Below are positions 34,628 through 44,391 of a stretch of 64,000 bases of DNA, one piece after another. Position 1 is the first letter of the stretch. Each line of letters opens with the position of its first letter. The position numbers and the translations under genes are program-made. A model generated the notes under the pieces. The model had not been told where the DNA came from. It was given only the letters and a program-made list of their open reading frames with translations, and ran no database searches. This stretch comes from an uncultured virus (IMG/VR IMGVR_UViG_3300030118_005288) (taxonomy: Duplodnaviria; Heunggongvirae; Uroviricota; Caudoviricetes): IMG/VR virus record IMGVR_UViG_3300030118_005288, positions 1 through 64,000 of that record. One strand, given 5' to 3'.

Positions 34628-35068
34628 ATGAGATTAACCGCGCAAGATTTGCGTGAAATGAATATCCTTAAGTATTACAGGCTCACACGAAAGTGGGTCT
34701 GTAAAACTTACGGGTTAAAAGATGCAGATTTAGAATTATTAATTTATTTAGATTGTAAAAAAAGATTTACACGACAAGAGTTTTTAGACGGTACTTATAC
34801 ATATTCATGGGACAAAAACCGTTGGGAAAGACTACGAAGAGATGGTTGGATAGAAGTATGGAGACACAGAAACAGAACTAGTATAAAATACTCTGTGTTT
34901 AAAACATCTTTTAAATGTGGTCAAATGATAAGTAGAATATACAGAATACTTTTAGGTGAAGAAGATTTACCAACATCTGAACGAAGTATTTTTTACAATA
35001 ATGAATCATATACAGATAAAGTTTATAACAAAGCTATAGACGATATGATCAAAGATAAAGATAGATAA
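34628..35068 (+). CDS. Hypothetical protein, possible winged-helix
   Basis: YGLKDADLELLIYL...RLRRDGWI resembles a wHTH. Confidence 0.55.
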   Translation: MRLTAQDLREMNILKYYRLTRKWVCKTYGLKDADLELLIYLDCKKRFTRQEFLDGTYTYSWDKNRWERLRRDGWIEVWRHRNRTSIKYSVFKTSFKCGQMISRIYRILLGEEDLPTSERSIFYNNESYTDKVYNKAIDDMIKDKDR

Positions 35069-35069
35069 T

Positions 35070-35375
35070 ATGGGATATAAAATGAAAGGGCCAACTTTTT
35101 TTGGCAAGAAAAAGTCTCCAGCTAAAGTTAGTGATTCAGCGCTAGTTGACGCTCAAGCAAAGCTTGATAATGTAGAGCTTGATTACAGAGAACCAGGTTG
35201 GGCTACTGTTGCTAGAGGAGTTCATCAAGGAGCTAAAGACGTAATGAGTAAGTTTCAAGCAAGAAAAGAAGCTGGTGATTACGATCCTAATGAAGAAAAA
35301 GACAATGCTCAAGCAATGAACGTGCAAGATATAGTTTCTAAAACAGGTGACTTAGATAACATGGAAGGATTATAA
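35070..35375 (+). CDS. Protein with MGYKMKG...SPAK leader
   Basis: Basic leader followed by an acidic body. Confidence 0.7.
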   Translation: MGYKMKGPTFFGKKKSPAKVSDSALVDAQAKLDNVELDYREPGWATVARGVHQGAKDVMSKFQARKEAGDYDPNEEKDNAQAMNVQDIVSKTGDLDNMEGL

Positions 35376-35377
35376 AA

Positions 35378-35746
35378 ATGGCTTTTAAACTACCAAAACA
35401 AACACATAGCAAGGTTAGAACACTAAAGTTTCCTAACCACACAGAAGAGGCTGCGCCAGGCACACCTTTGTTTAGAAAAGAACTAGGCAAAGATATACAA
35501 GGTGAGGCTAATGATGACGGTACAATATTTATTAGTGTAGATGTAACACCTGGTAGTCAAGAAGAATCTGAAATACTTACTCACGAAATGAAACATCTAA
35601 CAGATATGAAAATAGGTAGGCTTAAGTATACAGACAATGATATAACATGGGACGGTCAAAATTACCCAAGAGAAAACGGATACATACTATACGATGGAAA
35701 ATGGATGCCAGAAGGCAGTAAAAATTTTCCATGGGAAAAACATTAA
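35378..35746 (+). CDS. Minimal HExxH metallopeptidase-like protein with MAFKL leader
   Basis: GTIFI, HEMKH and C-terminal PWE. Confidence 0.7.
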   Translation: MAFKLPKQTHSKVRTLKFPNHTEEAAPGTPLFRKELGKDIQGEANDDGTIFISVDVTPGSQEESEILTHEMKHLTDMKIGRLKYTDNDITWDGQNYPRENGYILYDGKWMPEGSKNFPWEKH

Positions 35747-35751
35747 AAATT

Positions 35752-36084
35752 ATGGGATATAAAATGAAAGGCTTTAGTGGTTACGGTAACTCACCAGCTA
35801 AAAAAGATAAAAAGAAAAAAGACGGTCCAATGCAAGGTCCAATACCTAAAGAAAACATAGACTTGCTACCAAATGAAATGGAAGGTACTTATGTTTATAA
35901 AGGTGATAATAAGCGTGAAAGAATTATTGATTATGACGAAAGAGCTGGTTTTCTAGAGCAAAATGAACTAATGGATTTAGAAGGAGACAATAGTCCAGAA
36001 GCTAATAAAAAAAGAAAAGAATTAAAGAAGACTATCGCAACACTTGATCGTGAAGCTCAAATAATGAGAGATAGAAAAGAATAA
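35752..36084 (+). CDS. Protein with MGYKMKG...SPAK leader
   Basis: Start reassigned to ATG 35752 (MGYKMKGFSGYGNSPAKK). Confidence 0.7.
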   Translation: MGYKMKGFSGYGNSPAKKDKKKKDGPMQGPIPKENIDLLPNEMEGTYVYKGDNKRERIIDYDERAGFLEQNELMDLEGDNSPEANKKRKELKKTIATLDREAQIMRDRKE

Positions 36085-36096
36085 AAAATATACAAA

Positions 36097-36483
36097 ATGT
36101 TAAATAAATTATTTGCAGGTGGAGCCGCAGACTTAATAAAAAATGTAGGTGGAGTTATAGACGACTTACATACATCAAAAGAAGAAAAGCTTGAGGCAGA
36201 AAATAAAATTAAAGATATGATTATGGGTTACGAAGCTGAGATGCAAAAGCAAGTAACAGAAAGATGGAAGGTTGATATGGCATCTGACTCATGGCTAAGT
36301 AAAAATATAAGACCACTAGTTTTAATATTTCTATGTGTATCAACGGTATTATTGATATTTATCGATGCTGGGGTTATATCATTTGAAGTTAAAGCTTCAT
36401 GGGTAGACTTATTACAACTAGTATTAATAACAGTGATTGGTGCTTATTTTGGCGGTAGATCACTAGAAAAAGTAAAAAAATAA
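36097..36483 (+). CDS. Holin (GTA 3TM holin-like)
   Basis: DSWLSKNIRP, two TMs, GAYFGGRSLEK. Confidence 0.8.
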   Translation: MLNKLFAGGAADLIKNVGGVIDDLHTSKEEKLEAENKIKDMIMGYEAEMQKQVTERWKVDMASDSWLSKNIRPLVLIFLCVSTVLLIFIDAGVISFEVKASWVDLLQLVLITVIGAYFGGRSLEKVKK

Positions 36484-36487
36484 AATT

Positions 36488-37075
36488 ATGGCAATAGTAA
36501 CAAATGACTGGACGGCAAGAATAACTGGTAGTGCTTACACTGATCATACTGATAACAAAATAACAGCACCGCACGGTAAATATATTATAGCAATACAAGC
36601 TACAGGAGCAGGTGGTGCAGCAACTAATACTTTGGTAAAAGTTGTAGCCGCGGATAGTTCTATGCACTGGAACACAGAAGCTGCTTCTCACCAAGGGACT
36701 AACAATGACACTATTGATGGTGCTGTTAGTGGCGCTAACGTAGTAACAATGGACAACAACGTGGCAGACAATATGTCTGTTGGTTTTTTTGTAGATGGTG
36801 TTGGTGTTCCTTACGGTACAACCGTGCTAGAATTAGATCCAAACGGTAATAATGCGAAACAATTTAAAACATCCGCTAATGTAGATGTTAGTGATGGTAA
36901 AATATTGTATTTTACTAATCCAAACGATAAAGACCACGGGACTGGTGGTAGAAATGCTTCAGATGGTGGGAATATTAAAGTAGTAGTTGGTGCTGGATAT
37001 TATATGGGAAGATGGTTATCTGTTCAACCAGCTACAGATGACGGTGAAGGAATTATATGTTATTTCGGAGAATAA
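36488..37075 (+). CDS. Putative virion protein
   Basis: G/T/N-rich beta sequence; C-terminal GRW...ICYFG. Confidence 0.55.
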   Translation: MAIVTNDWTARITGSAYTDHTDNKITAPHGKYIIAIQATGAGGAATNTLVKVVAADSSMHWNTEAASHQGTNNDTIDGAVSGANVVTMDNNVADNMSVGFFVDGVGVPYGTTVLELDPNGNNAKQFKTSANVDVSDGKILYFTNPNDKDHGTGGRNASDGGNIKVVVGAGYYMGRWLSVQPATDDGEGIICYFGE

Positions 37076-37105
37076 AACAAATTAAATTAACTTAAATTAA
37101 ATAAA

Positions 37106-37399
37106 ATGGCAAAAAAAGAAAAAGTAATTGATTTTACTAAACCAGAAAAAATTACTGACGAAGAGTTAGTAAAATTACAATCAACAATAAGAACTATTGA
37201 CAGGTTAACAGCTGATGTTGGTAGGGTAGAAGTACAAAAGTATGCTGCTTTAGTAGCTATGCAAAAGGTACAAGCTAATGTGGAGGAAATAAGAACTGAG
37301 TTTGTAAATAAATACGGCACTGACAACGTTAATATTCAAACAGGCGAAATAGCTTATGCTCCAGAAAAAGAAGAGGAAAATGTCAAAGCTGATTCGTAA
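37106..37399 (+). CDS. Coiled-coil hypothetical protein
   Basis: ORF track. Confidence 0.65.
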   Translation: MAKKEKVIDFTKPEKITDEELVKLQSTIRTIDRLTADVGRVEVQKYAALVAMQKVQANVEEIRTEFVNKYGTDNVNIQTGEIAYAPEKEEENVKADS

Positions 37400-37601
37400 A
37401 ATATCAATAGGTAAAAATTATAAAAATGATGCCATGCACTATGCCGTTGGGCAAGAAGTGTATGGCGGTCATGTTATTTGTGATATAATAGAAGAGCCGG
37501 ATAAATATTCTATTTATATAAAAAAGAAAAACGAGGTTTTGCCTTGGAAAGACTTTAACAAAAACATGGCTGTAAGTGTTGAATATAACTTAGAATATTA
37601 A
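37380..37601 (+). CDS. Hypothetical protein
   Basis: Start reassigned to MSKLIRKISIG. Confidence 0.65.
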   Translation: MSKLIRKISIGKNYKNDAMHYAVGQEVYGGHVICDIIEEPDKYSIYIKKKNEVLPWKDFNKNMAVSVEYNLEY

Positions 37602-37602
37602 T

Positions 37603-37674
37603 ATGTGTCCGTGTCCAATATGTATTGTTGTAGCGGCTATAGCAGCTATAGGTTTAAAGAAAATTAAAAAATGA
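37603..37674 (+). CDS. 23-aa Cys-rich hydrophobic microprotein (not in ORF track)
   Basis: MCPCPICIVVAAIAAIGLKKIKK; starts 1 nt after the upstream stop, with ATGA overlap downstream. Confidence 0.5.
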   Translation: MCPCPICIVVAAIAAIGLKKIKK

Positions 37675-38252
37675 AAAGTGTTTACAACTTTGTTGTAACG
37701 CCAAATGGAGATAGGTATAATAATAGTAAAAAAGTTGGTGATTCAGAACTAATACTTAATACTGAAATATTTAATCATCAGTATGTAAATAGAAGAGCGA
37801 GAATTATATCAACTCCAATTGTTGGCGAAACAGATATAGAGGTCGGAGATGATGTTATAGTTCATCATAATGTTTTTCGTAGATGGCATAATATAAACGG
37901 TGAAGAAAAAAATAGTAGAAGTTATTTTGACGAAAAAACATATTTAGTAAACCACGATCAAATATTTTTATATAAAAGATTTTGGGAGTGGAGAACACCA
38001 AAAGGTTATTGTTGGGTTAAACCTTTAAAAGCTACAGATAAATTTAATATTGAAAAAGAAAAACCCTTACAAGGTATTGTTAAGTACTCAGATGGAACAG
38101 TAAACGTTGGTGATTTAATTGGTTTTAGACCCAACAGTGAATACGAGTTTATTGTCGATGGTGAAAGACTATATCGAGTTTTATCAAATTTTATTACAAT
38201 TAAATATGAATATCAAGGAAACGAAGAAACTTATAATCCAAGCTGGGCATAG
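37671..38252 (+). CDS. GroES-like (possibly two-domain) protein
   Basis: IEVGDDVIV and VNVGDLIGF...YEFIVDGERLY resemble two GroES-fold repeats. Confidence 0.55.
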   Translation: MKSVYNFVVTPNGDRYNNSKKVGDSELILNTEIFNHQYVNRRARIISTPIVGETDIEVGDDVIVHHNVFRRWHNINGEEKNSRSYFDEKTYLVNHDQIFLYKRFWEWRTPKGYCWVKPLKATDKFNIEKEKPLQGIVKYSDGTVNVGDLIGFRPNSEYEFIVDGERLYRVLSNFITIKYEYQGNEETYNPSWA

Positions 38253-38484
38253 AGCCGTTGAAGAACTTATCAACGTTGCAAAAGAAAAAATTATTACTAA
38301 CACAGAAGATGATGTTTCTGCTGATAGATTAAAAAATGCTGCAGCTACAAAAAAGCTAGCTATCTTTGATGCGTTTGAAATACTTAATAGAATTCAAGAA
38401 GAAGAAAACATTTTGGAAGGCAAAGACCCTGAAGAAAAAAAAGAAAGAGTATTTAAAGGATTTGCAGAAGGAAGATCAAAATGA
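38206..38484 (+). CDS. Putative terminase small subunit
   Basis: Small helical protein overlapping the large terminase start; position-based call. Confidence 0.45.
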   Translation: MNIKETKKLIIQAGHRAVEELINVAKEKIITNTEDDVSADRLKNAAATKKLAIFDAFEILNRIQEEENILEGKDPEEKKERVFKGFAEGRSK

Positions 38485-40700
38485 AATACGAGCAAACATT
38501 AATAAAAATAATAGAGCCTATAAAAAAGACGACAATTAATAGGCTTAACAAAAGTAAAAAATGGAAATATGGATATAATAAAGAACATGATATCGTGGTT
38601 ATCTCTAAAACTGGAAAAATTGGACAAGTGGTGGAGATTCAAAATTTGCGAATTGGGTTGCCAGCTCAACCGAAAAAAGTGTATTTGCACAGAAACAACA
38701 AGTGGGAAAAAATAGAATATCCAAAAGAATTATCAAAGCTTAAAAATATATTTGATTGGAGAGCTTATCCAGAAGAATCAAAAGATAAATGGTTCGATTA
38801 TATAGACGAAGAGTTTAAACGTAGAGAAGAAGGTTTTTGGTTTATGAATAATAATAAACCAACATACATAACAGGTACACATTATATGTACTTACAATGG
38901 AGTAAAATAGATGTAGGTGCACCTGACTATAGAGAAGCAAACAGAATATTTTATATATTTTGGGAGGCTTGCAAAGCAGATAAAAGATGTTATGGTATGT
39001 GTTACCTTAAAAACAGACGTTCTGGTTTTTCTTTTATGTCTTCTGCAGAAACAGTAAATCAAGCAACAATATCAAGTGATGCTAGATTTGGAATATTATC
39101 AAAAACAGGTGCTGATGCTAAAAAAATGTTTACCGACAAAGTTGTACCAATATCTGTCAACTATCCGTTTTTCTTTAAACCGATACAAGATGGAATGGAC
39201 AGACCTAAGTCTGAACTTGCTTACCGTGTACCTGCGAGTAAGTTTACTCGTAAAAAGATTACTGCAAACGAAAGGCAGGAAGACTTGGTTGGACTTGATA
39301 CTACTATTGATTGGAAAAACACAGGTGACAATAGCTATGATGGAGAAAAGCTTAACTTACTAGTACACGACGAAAGTGGTAAGTGGGAAAGACCTGATAA
39401 CATATTAAATAACTGGCGAGTAACTAAAACATGTTTACGATTAGGTAGTAGAATAGTTGGTAAATGTATGATGGGCTCGACCTCAAACGCACTAGATAAA
39501 GGTGGAGACAATTTTAAAAAACTTTACAACGCAAGCGATGTCACACAAAGAAATAGAAATGGCCAGACAAAATCTGGTTTATACTCTTTGTTTGTCCCAA
39601 TGGAATGGAACTACGAAGGATTTATTGATGAATACGGATATCCTGTATTTGATAACCCTGACACAGATGTACTCGGCCCAGACGGTGAACTAATTGATTA
39701 TGGTATTATAGAGCACTGGCAAAACGAAGCTGATGGTTTAAAAAACGATCAAGATGCTTTAAACGAGTTTTACCGCCAGTTTCCAAAAACAGAAGAACAC
39801 GCGTTTAGAGATGAAGCTTTAAATAGTATATTTAACTTAGTAAAAATATATGAACAAATAGATTACAACGAAGAAATGTCAAGAACATTAGGAATTACTC
39901 GTGGTAATTTTCAGTGGGTTGGAGGAGTAAAAGATACAAGTGTTTTATTTTATCCTGATCAAAAAGGTAGATTTAAAATAAGTTGGACACCTCCTCAAAA
40001 CTTACAAAACAACATAATTGTAAAAAATGGCGTAAGATATCCTGGCAATGAGCACATGGGTGCGTTTGGTTGTGACAGTTATGATATATCAGGAACTGTA
40101 GATGGTAAAGGGTCAAAAGGCGCTTTACACGGTTTAACTAAGTTTAGTATGGAAGACGCTCCTGCAAACGAGTTTTTTTTAGAATATATAGCTAGACCAC
40201 AAACAGCTGATATATTTTTTGAAGATGTTTTGATGGCGTTAGTTTTTTACGGTATGCCAATGTTGGCAGAGAACAATAAACCTCGACTTTTATATTATTT
40301 AAGACGTAGAGGTTATAGAGGTTTTAGTATGAACAGACCTGATAAGGTTTGGAATAAACTATCTGTTGCTGAAAAAGAAATAGGTGGTATACCAAACTCA
40401 AGTGAAGATATAAAACAAGCTCATGCGGCTGCTATTGAAATGTATATACAAGACCATGTTGGTATGAAGGGTGATGGTAGTTTTGGTAACATGTGTTTTA
40501 ATGGTACTTTAAATGATTGGGCAAGATTTGATATAACAAAAAGAACAAAGTTCGACGCAACAATAAGTAGTGGGTTAGCTGTTATGGCTTGTAATAGACA
40601 TTTATACAAACCAAACGCTACAGTAGAAAAACCAAAACTAGATATTCACATATCTAAATATTCAAACATGGGTAATATGTCGAAAATAATTAAACAATAA
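38481..40700 (+). CDS. terL: Terminase large subunit
   Basis: Walker A variant KNRRSGFS, Walker B LLVHDESGK, GST coupling motif, nuclease FGCDSYD, LAENN, FDATISSG. Confidence 0.9.
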   Translation: MKYEQTLIKIIEPIKKTTINRLNKSKKWKYGYNKEHDIVVISKTGKIGQVVEIQNLRIGLPAQPKKVYLHRNNKWEKIEYPKELSKLKNIFDWRAYPEESKDKWFDYIDEEFKRREEGFWFMNNNKPTYITGTHYMYLQWSKIDVGAPDYREANRIFYIFWEACKADKRCYGMCYLKNRRSGFSFMSSAETVNQATISSDARFGILSKTGADAKKMFTDKVVPISVNYPFFFKPIQDGMDRPKSELAYRVPASKFTRKKITANERQEDLVGLDTTIDWKNTGDNSYDGEKLNLLVHDESGKWERPDNILNNWRVTKTCLRLGSRIVGKCMMGSTSNALDKGGDNFKKLYNASDVTQRNRNGQTKSGLYSLFVPMEWNYEGFIDEYGYPVFDNPDTDVLGPDGELIDYGIIEHWQNEADGLKNDQDALNEFYRQFPKTEEHAFRDEALNSIFNLVKIYEQIDYNEEMSRTLGITRGNFQWVGGVKDTSVLFYPDQKGRFKISWTPPQNLQNNIIVKNGVRYPGNEHMGAFGCDSYDISGTVDGKGSKGALHGLTKFSMEDAPANEFFLEYIARPQTADIFFEDVLMALVFYGMPMLAENNKPRLLYYLRRRGYRGFSMNRPDKVWNKLSVAEKEIGGIPNSSEDIKQAHAAAIEMYIQDHVGMKGDGSFGNMCFNGTLNDWARFDITKRTKFDATISSGLAVMACNRHLYKPNATVEKPKLDIHISKYSNMGNMSKIIKQ

Positions 40701-40702
40701 AT

Positions 40703-43123
40703 ATGGCAAGATCGGTAAATTCAAATTCTTTTCCTAGCCAAGTTGTTAGTGATGCAGAGAAAGTAAGCTATGAATATGGTTTAAAAGTTGCAAAAGCTAT
40801 AGAACAAGAGTGGTTTAACGAAGACAGAAATTTAAATAGATATAGATCTAACGTAAATAATTTTCATAATTTAAGATTATACGCTAGAGGAGAACAGTCA
40901 ATACAAAAGTATAAAGACGAATTATCTATAAATGGTGACTTAAGCTACTTAAATCTTGACTGGAAACCTGTACCTATTATACCTAAATTTGTTGATATAC
41001 TAGTAAATGGTATGTCACAAAGAATGTATGATATAAAAGCCTATTGTCAAGATCCGTATGGTGTTAACAAGCGTACTAGCTATATGAAAGCCATACTAGA
41101 CGATATGCGTGCAAAAGATTTAAACGAGTACGCTATGCAAGCTTTTAACGTTGATTTATACAGTACAGATCCAGAAGAGCTACCAGAAACAGAAGAAGAA
41201 TTAAAACTACACATGCAGCTAACGTACAAACAAAACGTTGAGCTAGCAAACGAACAAGCAATAAACGTGCTTTTAGATGGTAGTAATTACGAGCTTACTA
41301 AAAAACGTTTTTATTACGATCTTGCAACTATTGGTATTGGTGCTACTAAAACAAACTTTACAACATCAGAAGGTGTAACTGTAGAGTATGTTGATCCAGC
41401 CAACCTTGTATATTCCTATACAGAATCTCCTTATTTTGAAGACATATATTATGTAGGTGAAGTTAAAACAATACCTATAAATGAACTTGCTAAACAGTTT
41501 CCTCATCTAACACAAGAAGACTTAGAGGAAATAATGGCTAATAAATCTTACAATAGATCTAACTATAACAATAGGCATGATTATGATAAGGAAGATGAAA
41601 ACACTTTACAAGTGTTATATTTTAACTACAAAACTTATATGAATCAAGTTTATAAAGTTAAAACAACAGGTACTGGTAGTGAAAAATTAATTGAAAAAGA
41701 TGATAGCTTTGACCCGCCTGATACAATGCAGGGTGATTATAGTAAAATATCAAAGTCGATAGAAACTTTATATGAAGGAGCTTTAATACTAGGCACAGAA
41801 AGATTATTAAAGTGGGAAATGGCTAAAAACATGATGCGTTCTAAGAGTGATTATAATAAAGTTAAAATGAACTACAGTATTGTAGCACCACGTATGTATG
41901 AAGGTAAGATAGAGTCTATTGTAAGTAGAATAACTGGTTTTGCTGACATGATACAATTAACACATCTTAAACTACAACAAGTTTTAGCTCGTATGGTGCC
42001 AGATGGTGTTTATTTAGATGCTGACGGTTTAGCTGAAATAGATTTAGGTAACGGTACAAACTACAACCCACAAGAAGCATTAAACATGTTTTTTCAAACA
42101 GGTAGTATAATTGGTAGATCGTTAAACCAGGAGGGTGATATGAATCCTGGTAAAGTTCCAATACAAGAAATATCTGGTGGTCAAGGTGCTGGTAATAAAA
42201 TGCAAGCTCTTATTGCTAATTACAATTACTATTTACAAATGATTCGTGATGTAACAGGATTAAACGAAGCTAGAGATGGTAGTATGCCTGATAAATATGC
42301 TTTAGTTGGCGTACAGAAGTTAGCTGCTGCAAATAGTAATACAGCCACTAGACATATATTACAAGCTGGTTTATTTTTAACAGCTTCTACCGCAGAGTGT
42401 TTGTCACTTAGAGTTTCTGATATTATAGAATACTCACCAACAAGAGACGCTTTTATAAGAGGTATAGGTATACATAACGTTGCTACGTTAGAAGAAATAA
42501 GCCAACTACATTTACACGACTTTGGTATTTTTATTGAGTTATTGCCAGATGAAGAAGAAAAAGCAATGTTAGAACAAAACATACAAATGGCGCTACAACA
42601 ACAAAGCATAGATCTTGAAGACGCTATTGATGTTAGAGAAATAAGAAATGTAAAATTAGCTAATCAAGTTCTTAAAATACGTAGAAAAAAGAAAATGGAG
42701 CGTGATCAACTAATGCAACAACAAAATATACAAGCTCAGTCTCAAGCTCAAATACAACAACAACAAGCACAAGCTCAAAACGAAGTACAAAAGCAACAAG
42801 CTTTAACACAAGCGCAAATACAGTTAGAACAAGCTAAAGCTCAATTTGATGGTCAAAAGATGATGCAAGAAACAGATCTTAAAAAACAATTGATGGAGCT
42901 AGAGTTTAATTACAACATGCAATTAAAGCAAGCGGAAGTACAAACGTTAAAAGATAGAGATTCTGAAAAAGAAAACCGTAAAGACGAAAGAACTAGGATA
43001 CAAGCTTCACAACAAAGTGAAATGATAAACCAAAGAACAGATGGTGGTCCGCCTAGAAATTTTGAGTCTTCAGGTAACGACGTATTAGGAGGTGGTGTAG
43101 GACTACCTGGTATACAACAGTAA
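40703..43123 (+). CDS. Portal protein
   Basis: Follows terL; PIIPKFVD and TGLNEARDG; Gln-rich C-terminal coiled coil. Confidence 0.85.
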   Translation: MARSVNSNSFPSQVVSDAEKVSYEYGLKVAKAIEQEWFNEDRNLNRYRSNVNNFHNLRLYARGEQSIQKYKDELSINGDLSYLNLDWKPVPIIPKFVDILVNGMSQRMYDIKAYCQDPYGVNKRTSYMKAILDDMRAKDLNEYAMQAFNVDLYSTDPEELPETEEELKLHMQLTYKQNVELANEQAINVLLDGSNYELTKKRFYYDLATIGIGATKTNFTTSEGVTVEYVDPANLVYSYTESPYFEDIYYVGEVKTIPINELAKQFPHLTQEDLEEIMANKSYNRSNYNNRHDYDKEDENTLQVLYFNYKTYMNQVYKVKTTGTGSEKLIEKDDSFDPPDTMQGDYSKISKSIETLYEGALILGTERLLKWEMAKNMMRSKSDYNKVKMNYSIVAPRMYEGKIESIVSRITGFADMIQLTHLKLQQVLARMVPDGVYLDADGLAEIDLGNGTNYNPQEALNMFFQTGSIIGRSLNQEGDMNPGKVPIQEISGGQGAGNKMQALIANYNYYLQMIRDVTGLNEARDGSMPDKYALVGVQKLAAANSNTATRHILQAGLFLTASTAECLSLRVSDIIEYSPTRDAFIRGIGIHNVATLEEISQLHLHDFGIFIELLPDEEEKAMLEQNIQMALQQQSIDLEDAIDVREIRNVKLANQVLKIRRKKKMERDQLMQQQNIQAQSQAQIQQQQAQAQNEVQKQQALTQAQIQLEQAKAQFDGQKMMQETDLKKQLMELEFNYNMQLKQAEVQTLKDRDSEKENRKDERTRIQASQQSEMINQRTDGGPPRNFESSGNDVLGGGVGLPGIQQ

Positions 43124-43150
43124 ATTTATTAACTATTATTATATTATATT

Positions 43151-44371
43151 ATGGCAGAAAAAAAAGAAACACCAATCGTAGATAACGAGGTTGGTAAAAT
43201 AAAAGTAAAAGAAAAGGTTGAAAAACAACCTGTTGGTAACGAAACCAAAGGTAACGTTACTAAAGTTAAAGCAAAAATGAAAATGGCGGCACAAGATTTA
43301 AGCGAGCCGACTATAACAAAAGTAGATTTATCAACAACTAAAACAAAAGAAGATGCCGTTCCAGAGCAAAGCACAGATGAGGTTCCTGTACGCGACGAAT
43401 CCAAGACTAGCGAAAAAGTGGTCGAAGAAATCATCGAAACAACAGATGAAAAACCTACCGGAGAAAAAATCTCCGACAGCGTACAAGATAAGCCAACGCC
43501 TACGAAGCAAGTAGCTGAAGAACCACAAGTAGAAAAACAAGAACCATTACCTGAAAATGTAGAAAAGCTAGTTCAATTTATAAAAGAAACTGGCGGTGAT
43601 ATAAACGACTATGTTAAGTTAAATCAGGATTATAGTGAGTTAGATAATCTATCTTTATTAGAAGAGTATTATAAACAAACAAAACCTCATTTAAATAGTG
43701 AAGAAATTAGTTTTTTAATGAAAGACCAATTTTCTTTTGATGAACAAAGAGATGATGAGGTAGAAATACAAAGAAAAAAATTAGCGTTAAAAGAGCAAGT
43801 TGCCAGCGCTAAAAGCCACCTAGACGGGCTAAAGTCTAAATATTACGAAGATATCAAAGCTGGAAGCAAACTTACGGCAGAGCAACAAAAAGCTGTAGAT
43901 TTTTTCAACAGATATCAAAAAGAAGAGGCAGAAACTAAAAAAGGTGTAGAACAACGTGTTAACATTTTTAACGAAAAAACAAATAATCTTTTTACTGATG
44001 ATTTCAAAGGTTTTGAATATAAAGTTGGTGATAAGAAATTTAGGTATAACGTTCAAGATGCTAACAAAGTTAAAGAAACACAAAGCGACATAAGTAATTT
44101 TATAGGAAAGTTTCTTGATAAAAACAACGAGATGTCAGATGCTGCGGGTTATCATAAATCTTTTTTTACAGCAATGAACGCTGATGCTATTGCAAAACAT
44201 TTTTACGAACAAGGACAAGCTGATGCTTTAAAACAAAGTGTTGAAAAAGGAAAAAATATTAATATGGATCCTAGACAACAACACGGAGTTGTTGAAGCTG
44301 GTGGAATTAAAGTAAAAGTGCTAGGTGATAACACTGCTGATTTTAAGTTTAAAATTAAAAACAAAAATTAA
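43151..44371 (+). CDS. Capsid scaffolding protein (putative)
   Basis: Acidic disordered N-half; lies between portal and capsid genes. Confidence 0.7.
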   Translation: MAEKKETPIVDNEVGKIKVKEKVEKQPVGNETKGNVTKVKAKMKMAAQDLSEPTITKVDLSTTKTKEDAVPEQSTDEVPVRDESKTSEKVVEEIIETTDEKPTGEKISDSVQDKPTPTKQVAEEPQVEKQEPLPENVEKLVQFIKETGGDINDYVKLNQDYSELDNLSLLEEYYKQTKPHLNSEEISFLMKDQFSFDEQRDDEVEIQRKKLALKEQVASAKSHLDGLKSKYYEDIKAGSKLTAEQQKAVDFFNRYQKEEAETKKGVEQRVNIFNEKTNNLFTDDFKGFEYKVGDKKFRYNVQDANKVKETQSDISNFIGKFLDKNNEMSDAAGYHKSFFTAMNADAIAKHFYEQGQADALKQSVEKGKNINMDPRQQHGVVEAGGIKVKVLGDNTADFKFKIKNKN

Positions 44372-44391
44372 CAATTTAAAAATTATTTATT

